From an uncultured virus (IMG/VR IMGVR_UViG_3300043464_001377) (Duplodnaviria > Heunggongvirae > Uroviricota > Caudoviricetes): a stretch of 64,000 nt of DNA. The notes under the pieces were generated by a model. It did no database searches, was not told the DNA's origin, and saw only the letters and a list, made by a program, of their open reading frames with translations. Position 1 is the stretch's first letter; every line of letters starts with the position of its first letter. The stretch lies in IMG/VR virus record IMGVR_UViG_3300043464_001377; one strand, 5' to 3'. Of this stretch, positions 18,201 to 25,823 are shown piece after piece. The position numbers and the translations under genes were made by a program.

Positions 18201-19444
18201 TCGCTGAGACGTTCGGCCAGAACGCCGTGTACGAGAAGACCGGCAACTACGCCGCCCAAAACGCCTACGCCTCGAAGATTGGCCCCGAGATCATCAAGGC
18301 AGAGTTGGCGAAGCGGAACCGGAAGGCCCGCCGAGCCGTCGACGCCGAAGACGAGGGCGACGAGCCGCTCGGATACCAGCACCTCAAGGTGCGGCCGTGG
18401 CTGATGCGGCCAGCGACCGAGCAGCGGTCGGCCGACTGCGGCCGCGACGAGGGCGGGCGATTCGGCAGCGGCAACGACTGCGCGGCCGAGGGCAGCAGCG
18501 GCGGACCCGCCACGGCCTCGCCTCCATCGTCCAGCGGAACGTGGTCGAGCAACGAGTCGGCAACATGGCCCGCGTCCTCCCGAGACTCGTCGCCGCCGCC
18601 GATTGGCGACGGCCGGTACGGCTCGATCGACATCTCATCGCCGAAAGCAGTGAAGGCATCACTGGATGCGGCTGGCGTCGACCCGAAGTTGGCCCCCATG
18701 GTCGCCGGTGGCAGCGACGAGTCTGACGTGTTCGTCCGCCCTGCCCCAGACTTCTCCGTGGAGTTCCCAGGCTCGAAAGTCACGCCTGTGATGTTCGCCT
18801 TCGAGCGGGACTTCGCCGGGGTCGAAAGCGGCCTGCACGGCTCGTCAGTGATCGGCGTCACGGCGGCTGGCGAGACTGTCGTCTATCACAGCACTGTCAA
18901 CGTGTCAGACTCGATCAAGCAGGACGACGCGAAGCGGCACGCCGCCGCCCGAGAGTTCTATCGAGCCATGGTCTCGTCGGTGGAGGCAGCACACAAAGCG
19001 GGCGTGTCTCGCATCGTCCTCAATGCGGCCGGTAACTCGTCGGCCACGAAGGGGAGCCTGACGTCGACACCGTGGCGAGGCTACACGATCTGGCCCCGCA
19101 TGGGCTTCGACGCGCCACTCCCGTCGAGCATCAAGGCCAAACTGCCGCCAGACTTGTCTCACGCCAAGTCTCTTCTCGATCTGCACGCCACGCCCGACGG
19201 CACCCGCTGGTGGCGAGACAACGGAGAAGACCTCGACGTGAAGTTCGATCTCACGGACAGGTCGAGTCCGCAGTCCAAGATCATGGACCGCTTCATCAAG
19301 AAGTTCGGCACCGATCGTCGCGAAATGCCGCTCGGGTCTGGCGACGAGTGGCTGTCTCCCGAGGACATGCTGCGGCTTGACGAAATGTGGAACGAGATTT
19401 GGGACGACGGGGAACTGGACGACTATGAGTGGAACGATGCCTGA
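12296..19444 (+). CDS. Giant polyvalent (multi-effector) head-associated protein, ~2380 aa
   Basis: GTGA overlap with portal stop; four GYxxWPxxGF GNAT-like modules, TADIWFTR glycosylase-like, YHVT ART-like and FRVVHD zincin-like domains; seven Cys motifs. Confidence 0.8.
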   Translation: MIFLEEEYRAFCPTGDGGGVKNDCSSQDGSGARTDNSWKREQGPVRIAGDDLKQSPPAKSLAGVKAVVIMDGELVNKSLREVGVTLDQAARACAALDPEAQVTISHGGLLEIIEFMGSDDPERYIEDTVTFTSEMPVAGIEGAARTAASLTRTEEDGLVMSYTMLMISDEAKQKASVAVARHMMKGAIASITQAEKIGVDRVEMLAAGDSGKNSDFKGYRIWPRLGFNGVIPRRHVTPTWSLATGFFNSYGSGIPDKILSPRARKEKAAGALTIQSLYETKEGQEWWEENGGEMEMSLAVGSNSDPGWKRFKSLRDRFSKRGLDLTDAFFDAEARALLDGDWAELRAYCPTGEGGGIDNTCSPGGQSSAAPAKADDSWKESKSSLSISGDGLKDKPPFTGADKAGSVAIPNPQGLADGMSDAGIKSLDELAAMSGATIRGSKVTFFGASGGNDGTGAFITIDNEIPLARDGSDSEGQFDVNVAVYRDDGEYVLGFNGMYPDKAATATRERVAKATSLMQQAVIEAIASVEKTGISKVKMSAAGGPEYELKGYRLWPQFGFDAMLDKSSKHSLSQAPQAVVEKLMRTARPDLFATRITPSHAALVAALPHSDITVQHLVSFHEGDVWWNENGTTLSMTLDLSDKKSLGYAKFQKQTSRLKRLKERNQSRAFFEWLEEEAEFRAGADCGRVDGGRFGSGNDCASDGSSWEDEESVDMDAEAISSSPPFKGAEVLDSFSVNDVQSLKDTLSDFGRVKGVKDVVAISGGVRQGGSVGIDAFGDSIIVNSAIPVAPDGSGRLGNIKNMVSLMKDDDGYLVVNYDSMSLDSAAMSSISGDLEDDSADRRRIVSLVLERMTESLSVAEESGAIRADTIAAGTSTSALQGYRLWPQFGFDGELDRADIDAIKEDIKLTPYQKRRALTGQMTVQDLIATPEGDRWWNENGTTIELTLDFTDQTNAGYKRFERMKKMLARLKERNKTRSAFDDGVERRDDCEQTESGQFAKGNDCAKGDGSPSKEKEKKPRAAKKSEEPAKEPLKWTPGASHVDVFKESVEKSPTKRSDDGKKILSTSVPGATPVRGLAGKDEIDPISVGNYLVARQAEHRGRTIDTTKPLEGDDFEYMVSGIVSQVESARARGVSPNFYSPEDRRTQIEEYAKIQPLMRGGRTASGFCVGVEGPNGECEPSEGISPQAEFLFRAAQALTSPEANPYENMLRADAVLTAFFEEPDPSKAKLGSGIRIAGAGAENTLADFARLQKIIDRVGLEEARRIFTGPPIKVSDFEKFFLSKVPGTEGDRYKANDYAVAEVVPPFSIFGPKVGPFFANNTGDDEALTADIWFTRTWGRLSGELVSKSSESLAKKHASDLMASTKDIPRKELAAMGLDGRQFRTLVAQMKRTGVIPQQIADWAEARDKQYKKDKFPNPKNGTGTAERYKLDRLAVAILKNQANVMRAPTTSVMRANMIRAMREAAKRTGVSVAYMQDILWQDEQDAWGTLGSRTTTVPGEPSLYSEVIRKIVTEPANYQKRRRESKRSLGVIAEPMSLPLYSDQKGGPEQALFADFIASMDDDEFADLAVEFLTKRAKESRAFCPTGDGGGLDNSCSATDGKLKAQSAELFRGEPSFVDQDDGYIYHVTTEENAKKILSDGFSRPLGSKATVKGGAYENYSKGKVFFTEKSGLAAWKSKIEEHLFHSSDDPPPAAIIRIKKSDVSHLLSDDHVGTQDAGSQAYFIDLSKRKQKRAFCPTGDGGGVDNSCGSDDGSPAAGSPGRTQESLPKSFPRGSDKFRDAIDSVSPDPKSVWDRAKGRADTPPEKILTSAADEQTSSGSSLTPEAEKSYADLVDEIGRQYEALVAAGLKVRAWRGEGEPYGDPPGSTKPNSDKMREEVAKTGEFSFFMTERGFGTGSATPDHPMLRETKYKTADGEPMIANDLFRVVHDMVAHVRGGYSFSTNGEYNGMLTHASTLPEGAWPALFAETFGQNAVYEKTGNYAAQNAYASKIGPEIIKAELAKRNRKARRAVDAEDEGDEPLGYQHLKVRPWLMRPATEQRSADCGRDEGGRFGSGNDCAAEGSSGGPATASPPSSSGTWSSNESATWPASSRDSSPPPIGDGRYGSIDISSPKAVKASLDAAGVDPKLAPMVAGGSDESDVFVRPAPDFSVEFPGSKVTPVMFAFERDFAGVESGLHGSSVIGVTAAGETVVYHSTVNVSDSIKQDDAKRHAAAREFYRAMVSSVEAAHKAGVSRIVLNAAGNSSATKGSLTSTPWRGYTIWPRMGFDAPLPSSIKAKLPPDLSHAKSLLDLHATPDGTRWWRDNGEDLDVKFDLTDRSSPQSKIMDRFIKKFGTDRREMPLGSGDEWLSPEDMLRLDEMWNEIWDDGELDDYEWNDA

Positions 19445-21566
19445 AAAATACTCCCACATCGACTTCACCCCGCCCGACGGCGTCCGCAAAGAGGCCGAGA
19501 AGGGCCTCGCCTGGCGGCGTGAGCATGGACGCGGCGGCACGGCCGTTGGCATTGCCCGTGCGCGAGACTTGTCGAACGGCACGCAACTCTCGCCATCCAC
19601 CGTTCGTCGAATGAAGGCCTTCTTTGATCGCCACGAGATCGACAAGAAGGGCGAGGGCTGGAACCCAGGAGACGATGGCTTCCCGTCCAACGGGCGAATC
19701 GCGTGGGCTCTGTGGGGCTCCGACGCGGGGCGGGCGTACGCTCGCAAGGTCGTCGAGCAGATGAACGCCGCCGACGAGAAGGAGGGGCGGTCGCTGCGGC
19801 CATTCGGCTCGACGCAGGGCATCAAGCCCAACGTCTTTGTCGTCCACGGAGCCCCAGCCAGCGGCAAGACGTCCTACGTGATGCAGCACAAAGGCGACAA
19901 CGACGTGATCTTCGACTTCGACAAGGTGATGAGCGCCCTGTCAGGTCTGCCGCCGCACCAGAAAAACAAGAACCTGATCTCTTATTGTACGGATATCAGA
20001 GCCCTTATCATCAAAAAGGCCCTCCGGAAGCCGACAGTCGACAAGACGTGGATCATCACCACAAACATCGGCGACGAGATGAAGGGCCAACTGTCCGACA
20101 TTCCGGTCGAGTACATCCACGTCGACACTCCGAAGGAGGAGTGCCTGAAGCGAATCGAGGAAGACCCAGACCGCCAGCCCGTCGCGGAGGAGTTGCGAGA
20201 GGCTGTCGAGCGGTATTTTTCATCAGAGCAAAGGAGTGCCCCTGTGCTGCCCAACGTCGAGCGTCGGTTTCTTGGCAACTTCAGTAACGTCGAGAAGGCC
20301 GACCCCGATTTGCTTCGAGTCGAGAAGCGGGCTGATCCGAACACTGGCAAGCCGCAGACCTACGTTATCGGGTACGCGGCCCGCTTTGGGAAAGATTCGT
20401 TGCTTCTCGGGGACTTTGTCGAGAGAATTGATCCGAGTGCGTTCTCGCTTGTCGAGAGCCGCGAGGACGGCGAGGGGAGGCCGCTAGAGACTCGCTGCCT
20501 GTTCAACCACGACCCAAACCATCTCCTGGGCCGCTTTCCGACGACGATGAAGATGACCGTCGACGAGAAGGGCCTTCGGTACGAGTGTCTGCTGCCAGAG
20601 TCGCGGGCTGATTTGGCCGAGTCGATTTCTCGCGGAGACTTGCGTGGCTCAAGTTTCAGTTTCGTCGTGGCAGAAGGCGGCGAGAAGTGGAGTTACGAGA
20701 ACGGCCGGTCAACGAGACTTGTCACCAGGATCAAGTCACTGCTGGACTGCGGCCCGGTCACGTACCCTGCTTATGGCGACGCCACTGTTGCAGTAGCCAA
20801 GCGGAGTTATCAGCAGTTCCAGAAGTCTGGACACGCTGATTCCCGCAACCAGACCAAGGCTAAGGTCGCCGAAGAGTTGGCGAAGACGAAGAAGTTCCTC
20901 GAAGAGCGGGCGTTCTGTGCGACCGGCCCAGACGGAGGAATCGACAACTCGTGCAGCGCTGGCAGCGGCGGGAGCAAAGGAAGAGGAAAGTCTGGGGGCG
21001 GCAAAAAAGGCGCCAAGAAGGACAGGCCAGACACTGGAGGCTCAGGCGTAGCCAGCAGCGCAGCAAAAGGGGCGGCGATCGGGGCGGCGATCGGAGCCGT
21101 CCCAGGTGGCGCCGCTGGTGCCGGAGTTGGTGCCGTCGCAGGAGGAATCATCGGTGCGGCAAAGGCCGCCCTCGAAAAGAAGAGCGACCCGCCGTACATG
21201 GAACTCAAAAAGGGTGATCATAAAAACACTGGAAAAATGAAGGAAGCCCAAGACTTCATCGACAAGGCACGCCAGGAGCAACTCTCAAAGGGTGGCAAGG
21301 ACGGCGGCAAGTCCGACGAAGGCGGCGGCGTCCAGACATGGAGCAAGGGTGATGATTTCCCGTGGACGACCAAGCGCGTCGGCACGGACGAGGGGTATGT
21401 GCAGGGCATTCATCCAGACGGAAGCAAGACGGAGAAGTATCCGTTCAAGGGAGATGCAAGCGAGGCTTATAAGGCCGCAAGCGGCGAGATCGCCAAGAAG
21501 AAGGGCAAGCGGTCCCGCGACGTCGTTCGCGAGACGCTGGCCTTCCTGAAGGAACGGTCGAGATGA
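19437..21566 (+). CDS. HK97-family prohead protease fused to extra N-terminal domains (incl. P-loop) and a C-terminal tail
   Basis: IGYAARF, FVERIDPSAF, LFNHD, RGDLRGSSFSF, GPVTYPAY; P-loop HGAPASGKT. Confidence 0.9.
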   Translation: MPEKYSHIDFTPPDGVRKEAEKGLAWRREHGRGGTAVGIARARDLSNGTQLSPSTVRRMKAFFDRHEIDKKGEGWNPGDDGFPSNGRIAWALWGSDAGRAYARKVVEQMNAADEKEGRSLRPFGSTQGIKPNVFVVHGAPASGKTSYVMQHKGDNDVIFDFDKVMSALSGLPPHQKNKNLISYCTDIRALIIKKALRKPTVDKTWIITTNIGDEMKGQLSDIPVEYIHVDTPKEECLKRIEEDPDRQPVAEELREAVERYFSSEQRSAPVLPNVERRFLGNFSNVEKADPDLLRVEKRADPNTGKPQTYVIGYAARFGKDSLLLGDFVERIDPSAFSLVESREDGEGRPLETRCLFNHDPNHLLGRFPTTMKMTVDEKGLRYECLLPESRADLAESISRGDLRGSSFSFVVAEGGEKWSYENGRSTRLVTRIKSLLDCGPVTYPAYGDATVAVAKRSYQQFQKSGHADSRNQTKAKVAEELAKTKKFLEERAFCATGPDGGIDNSCSAGSGGSKGRGKSGGGKKGAKKDRPDTGGSGVASSAAKGAAIGAAIGAVPGGAAGAGVGAVAGGIIGAAKAALEKKSDPPYMELKKGDHKNTGKMKEAQDFIDKARQEQLSKGGKDGGKSDEGGGVQTWSKGDDFPWTTKRVGTDEGYVQGIHPDGSKTEKYPFKGDASEAYKAASGEIAKKKGKRSRDVVRETLAFLKERSR

Positions 21567-23464
21567 GTTTGCAGGCGAGGTACGCCGACCTCCTCGCCTT
21601 CGTCGAGGAGCGAGACAGGCAGTTGATGCTGCCGATGGGAGAAGACTGCGGACGTCAGTCGGGTCAGTTTGCTCCAGGCAACACCTGCGCGGCAGGCGAC
21701 GACGGAAGCCAGACAGATAGCCCGCCACGGTCTCGCCCAGACCCAGTCGCGGGCGGGCCGAGATCGAACACGTCCAACGGCTTTCCTGGGTGGTGGAACC
21801 GAGATCGTCCGCTGACGCACCGTGGAGGACTGCCTGGCCTTCCAGACATCGGATCAATCAAGGCCGACAACGCCAAGGAAGTCACGACGCTCGCCAAAGA
21901 TGCCGGGTTTCAGAGCCTCGCGTCGCTCGTGCGTTTCGGCGCCGCCGACGGCAAGAACTCAGAAATTGACATCTTGACCGAGATCGAAAGTACACGGCGG
22001 TCTGGCGAAGTCGTCAGCGCCAAGACGATCACCATCGAGTCCAAGGTTCCCGTCTACGTGGGCGGCAGGCCTTCGCCTGGGCAGCGACCAGTGGGGCACG
22101 CTGGGCTCGACGTCGCTATCCGCAAATACGGCGACGAGCCGCCGCTCGCACTATACGGGCTGTTTGACTTCGACAGCGGAGTATCTTCTGCGATCGCAAG
22201 AGAGAAGGCCTCGTCTCAGCACGGCGAGTCTGCGATCGAGCGAACTCTCGGCGCGGCGATCATTGACAAGATGATCACGTCGCTCGCCGAGGCCGAGAAA
22301 GCCGGAGCATCCAAGGCCAAGACGTTCGCAGCCGGAAGCGACTCGGATGCCACCTACAAGGGCTACAGGCTCTGGGGAAGGTTTGGCTTCGACGTCGCGC
22401 TCTCGCCTGCTCGCCTGTCTCGCATCATCGAAGACAGCAAGGGCCTGCCAGAGCCAGCCTTGTCTCCTGAGTACGAGGCCAAGGCTCTCCGTGGAGATGC
22501 TGTAACGCTCCAAGACCTTCTCAGCACCAAGGCTGGCGAGAAGTACTGGTCGAAAAACGGCAGCGGCCTGTCGCTCACGCTCGACTTCACGGACAAGAAC
22601 AGCGCCGGATACAAGCGATACCAGAAGATGCTGGAGCGAGTGAAGAAAGCCAAGGATCGAGGGCAGCGATCGTACGAGGAGTTCTGCGAGTTCGCCCTGG
22701 CGACGAGCCACGACCTCGCAGATTGGCGAGGGTTCAGGTTTGAGTCGCTGGAGTGCCGGTACGCCAGCCTGCTCGCCTTCGCCCAGTCTCGAAACTGCGG
22801 CACCGGAGAAGGCGGCTTTCAGAAGGGCAACACTTGCGCGGGCGGCAAACTCGCCGATGCCGCAGCCGGAGCGGCGTCCGGTGCGATCAAAGGCGTTGTT
22901 ATCGCCGCTGGAGCCACTGGCCCGTTCCCGCCGTACGTGATCAAGGGGGCCGCCGTCGGGGCCGCCGTCGGGGCCGTGAAGGGGCTCTACGATAACAGCA
23001 TGCAGCCCACGCGGGTCATGCAGAAGATCGACGACATCGGCACGAGCGAGAAGCAAGTGGCTGGACTTGTCGAGAGGCTCGGCGGCTCTCCGGAGTCCGT
23101 CGCGACGGTCAAGGAAGGAAAACTGAGGGTTCGCGTCAAGGACAGCAAGGGCGAGAAGGTCTTCGACGTCGAGATGGGGAAGTCTCAGTACACGATCACG
23201 CCAGCCAGAAAGTCTGGAACGCTCACGAGTGACGAGATCGCCCAGGTCAAGAAGATCGCTGAAGAGAACTCCCCCAAGGAGGTCAGCATCGTCGTGAAAT
23301 CCAAGTCGCCGTCGTATGTGGCGAAACTTGTCCGGAAGGGTTTCAAGGTCACGGCCAACGCGGCAGGCTCGTTCGTCGCCACGGTCGTCCTGCCGCTTTC
23401 GGCATCGGTTGCAGTCGCGGCAGCAGAAGGCGTAGTGGACTCTCTCAAGAAGAAGAAGCGATGA
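21563..23464 (+). CDS. Head-module protein with GNAT-like module and two Cys motifs
   Basis: GYRLWGRFGFDV...GEKYWSKNG; DCGRQSGQFAPGNTC and RNCGTGEGGFQKGNTC. Confidence 0.75.
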   Translation: MSLQARYADLLAFVEERDRQLMLPMGEDCGRQSGQFAPGNTCAAGDDGSQTDSPPRSRPDPVAGGPRSNTSNGFPGWWNRDRPLTHRGGLPGLPDIGSIKADNAKEVTTLAKDAGFQSLASLVRFGAADGKNSEIDILTEIESTRRSGEVVSAKTITIESKVPVYVGGRPSPGQRPVGHAGLDVAIRKYGDEPPLALYGLFDFDSGVSSAIAREKASSQHGESAIERTLGAAIIDKMITSLAEAEKAGASKAKTFAAGSDSDATYKGYRLWGRFGFDVALSPARLSRIIEDSKGLPEPALSPEYEAKALRGDAVTLQDLLSTKAGEKYWSKNGSGLSLTLDFTDKNSAGYKRYQKMLERVKKAKDRGQRSYEEFCEFALATSHDLADWRGFRFESLECRYASLLAFAQSRNCGTGEGGFQKGNTCAGGKLADAAAGAASGAIKGVVIAAGATGPFPPYVIKGAAVGAAVGAVKGLYDNSMQPTRVMQKIDDIGTSEKQVAGLVERLGGSPESVATVKEGKLRVRVKDSKGEKVFDVEMGKSQYTITPARKSGTLTSDEIAQVKKIAEENSPKEVSIVVKSKSPSYVAKLVRKGFKVTANAAGSFVATVVLPLSASVAVAAAEGVVDSLKKKKR

Positions 23465-23634
23465 CGCAAAGCGGCGACAAATGTCGGATGTGCGGTCGCG
23501 GTCGCATGACCACTCGCACGAGCAAGCCCTGCGGCGAATACCAAGTTCGCTATCTGCGATGCAGTGCTTGCGGAGCCCAGGCACGATCGGTCGTCTCTGC
23601 TACCCGATCGTGGCGACGAGAAAAAGTTGTGTGA
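23461..23634 (+). CDS. Small Zn-ribbon protein (Ogr/Delta-like), 57 aa, absent from the ORF track
   Basis: MTQSGDKCRMCG...RYLRCSACG; ATGA overlap with upstream stop. Confidence 0.65.
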   Translation: MTQSGDKCRMCGRGRMTTRTSKPCGEYQVRYLRCSACGAQARSVVSATRSWRREKVV

Positions 23635-23739
23635 CACAACTCTGACTCTCTTCGGGTCTCTGTTCTTTGTCTCGTAGGTTGAATCCTGTCGTTTACACGC
23701 GGCAGGAACAACTCACCACGAGACCAAGGAACAGAAAGA

Positions 23740-25227
23740 ATGGAATCGTCCGCCAAGATCAAGTCTCTCCTCGACGAACTCGCCGCTGTGCTGGCTGAGA
23801 TGGGCGCCCTTCAGGACGAGGTGTCCGACGAGCGTGCCGCAATGACCCCGCCCGTCGACGGAGAAGAGGACGAGGACGAGGACGACGTCGAGGAGAACGG
23901 CTACAAGCCCGATGGCGTCGAGGACGCCGAAGGCGCGATGCCGGAGGACGAAGAGAAGGAGAAGAAACTCCGCTGCCTCTGCGAGCGTGCTGAGAAACTC
24001 CGCGAGAAGGTCAAGTTCTACGAGGGCGTCGCCGCGAAGGAGTTGGAACTCCGTGCGGTCCTCGACAAGTCTACGCCCGCCACGGACTCGGCGGTCGCTT
24101 ACCCCAAGGCCAAGGAGGGCCGGTCTGTGTCGATCTATCACAATCTGCCGGGTGCCGGTCGTCTCAAGAACTTCAGGGGCCAGAACGCCGAAGAGCGTGC
24201 GTACCGCGCCGGTCAGTTCTACAAGGCCGCGCTGCTGAAGGATCAGAACGCCGCTCGTTGGTGTGCTGACCACGGCGTGATCGACAGCCGTGCCCTGAGC
24301 GAGGGCGTCAATTCGGCTGGCGGTCTGTTTACGGCAGAGGAAGTGCTGAATGAGGTGATCGTCCTGACTGAGTCGTACGGTGCATACCCCGCGAACGCCC
24401 GCAACCTCCAGATGAAGTCGGACACCCTCGTGATCCCCCGGCGGACTGGCGGCCTGAAGGCTTACTTTGTCGGGGAAAACGCCAGCATTCCGGATTCCGA
24501 CGCCAGTTGGGATCGGGTGCAACTTGTTTGCCGCAAGGTCGCGGTCTCGAACCGCATGAGTTCGGAGATTTTGGAAGACTCCGTTCTGAACTTGGCCGAT
24601 TACATCACGGGCGAAATCGCAAGGTCGCTGGCTGAGTTGATCGACACCGTCGGCTTCGTTGGAAATGGCAGCGGGGATCATGGCGGTATGATCGGCGTCG
24701 CCACCAAGATCAACGACGGAACCCACACGGGCGGCGTCGTGACGGCTGCGAACGGCAACACCGGGGCCCTGACTCTTGACGTGGACGATCTGATCGCCAC
24801 CGCTGGTCGGCTTCCGCTGTACGCTCGCGGCAACGCGAAGTGGTACGTGAATCCCGCCGTGTTTGCTGCCAGCGTGCAGCGTCTCGGTCTGGTCAACAAC
24901 GTGGGCCTCGCTGGTGGCAACACCTCCGCGAATCTCGCGGCCCCCACCGAGATGCGTCTGCTCGGCTACCCGGTGGTCTTTGTCCACACGCTTTCGAGCG
25001 CGGTGGGTGCCGACCCCGGCGTCGTGAAGTTCCTCTTCGGTGATCTCTCGATGAGTTCGTACTACGCGACTCGTCGTGGCCTGACTCTGAAGACCTCGAC
25101 CGACCGCTATGCGGAACTCGACCAGACGTTGATCGTCGCGACGAGCCGCTTCGACTGCGTCACCGCTGACTGCGGCGACAGCACGAAGGCTGGTCCGATC
25201 GTGGCCCTCAAGACTGCTGCTTCGTGA
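23740..25227 (+). CDS. Major capsid protein, HK97 family, with acidic/coiled-coil delta domain
   Basis: SRALSEGVNSAGG, SSEILEDS, LLGYPV, LFGDLS, RFD. Confidence 0.93.
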   Translation: MESSAKIKSLLDELAAVLAEMGALQDEVSDERAAMTPPVDGEEDEDEDDVEENGYKPDGVEDAEGAMPEDEEKEKKLRCLCERAEKLREKVKFYEGVAAKELELRAVLDKSTPATDSAVAYPKAKEGRSVSIYHNLPGAGRLKNFRGQNAEERAYRAGQFYKAALLKDQNAARWCADHGVIDSRALSEGVNSAGGLFTAEEVLNEVIVLTESYGAYPANARNLQMKSDTLVIPRRTGGLKAYFVGENASIPDSDASWDRVQLVCRKVAVSNRMSSEILEDSVLNLADYITGEIARSLAELIDTVGFVGNGSGDHGGMIGVATKINDGTHTGGVVTAANGNTGALTLDVDDLIATAGRLPLYARGNAKWYVNPAVFAASVQRLGLVNNVGLAGGNTSANLAAPTEMRLLGYPVVFVHTLSSAVGADPGVVKFLFGDLSMSSYYATRRGLTLKTSTDRYAELDQTLIVATSRFDCVTADCGDSTKAGPIVALKTAAS

Positions 25228-25277
25228 CAAGTACGGACACACTCACCCTGAACCCCCCTGACTGGAGACTCTGAAAA

Positions 25278-25712
25278 GTGAATCATCTCGAAGGAACGAA
25301 GACCTCTGCGAAGATTGCCGCGAGTGTGGCCGTGAATGCGACCCACAGCCACGAGATCGACACCTACGGTGCCGACTACGTGTCGGTCGACGTGGTGTAT
25401 AGCCACTTCACCGCCGCGACGGCCTCGTACGCCACGGTGCTGAAGGTGCAGCAGAGCGACACGGCTGGCAGCGGCCAGGCCGACGTCGCTGGCCTCTCGG
25501 TGACGGCTGGCGCTGGTCGGACGACCGGCGTCGGTGCGACCGGGGCTCTGGCTCGGTTCAACATCGACTGCCGTGGCAAGAAGCGGTATCTCACGGTCGT
25601 GACCACGCCGGGCACTCCCGCTGCGGTCGCGTCGGTGGCTCGTCTCTCGAAGATCGAGGACATGCCCATCGAGAAGACTGCTGCCGGTGTCGACGCTTTC
25701 GTGAGCGGTTGA
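25278..25712 (+). CDS. Probable head decoration/minor capsid protein
   Basis: Follows capsid gene; IDT.G...LKVQQSD...KRYLTV. Confidence 0.6.
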   Translation: MNHLEGTKTSAKIAASVAVNATHSHEIDTYGADYVSVDVVYSHFTAATASYATVLKVQQSDTAGSGQADVAGLSVTAGAGRTTGVGATGALARFNIDCRGKKRYLTVVTTPGTPAAVASVARLSKIEDMPIEKTAAGVDAFVSG

Positions 25713-25823
25713 AACAAGTTTCGGGGGGGAGCCAACAACAGGCGGCTCATCCACGGATGGTTTTGACTGGGCACGGATGCCCAAGCCGCCTCTTCGTGTA
25801 CTCCATCAAGAGGCTTGGGATAA

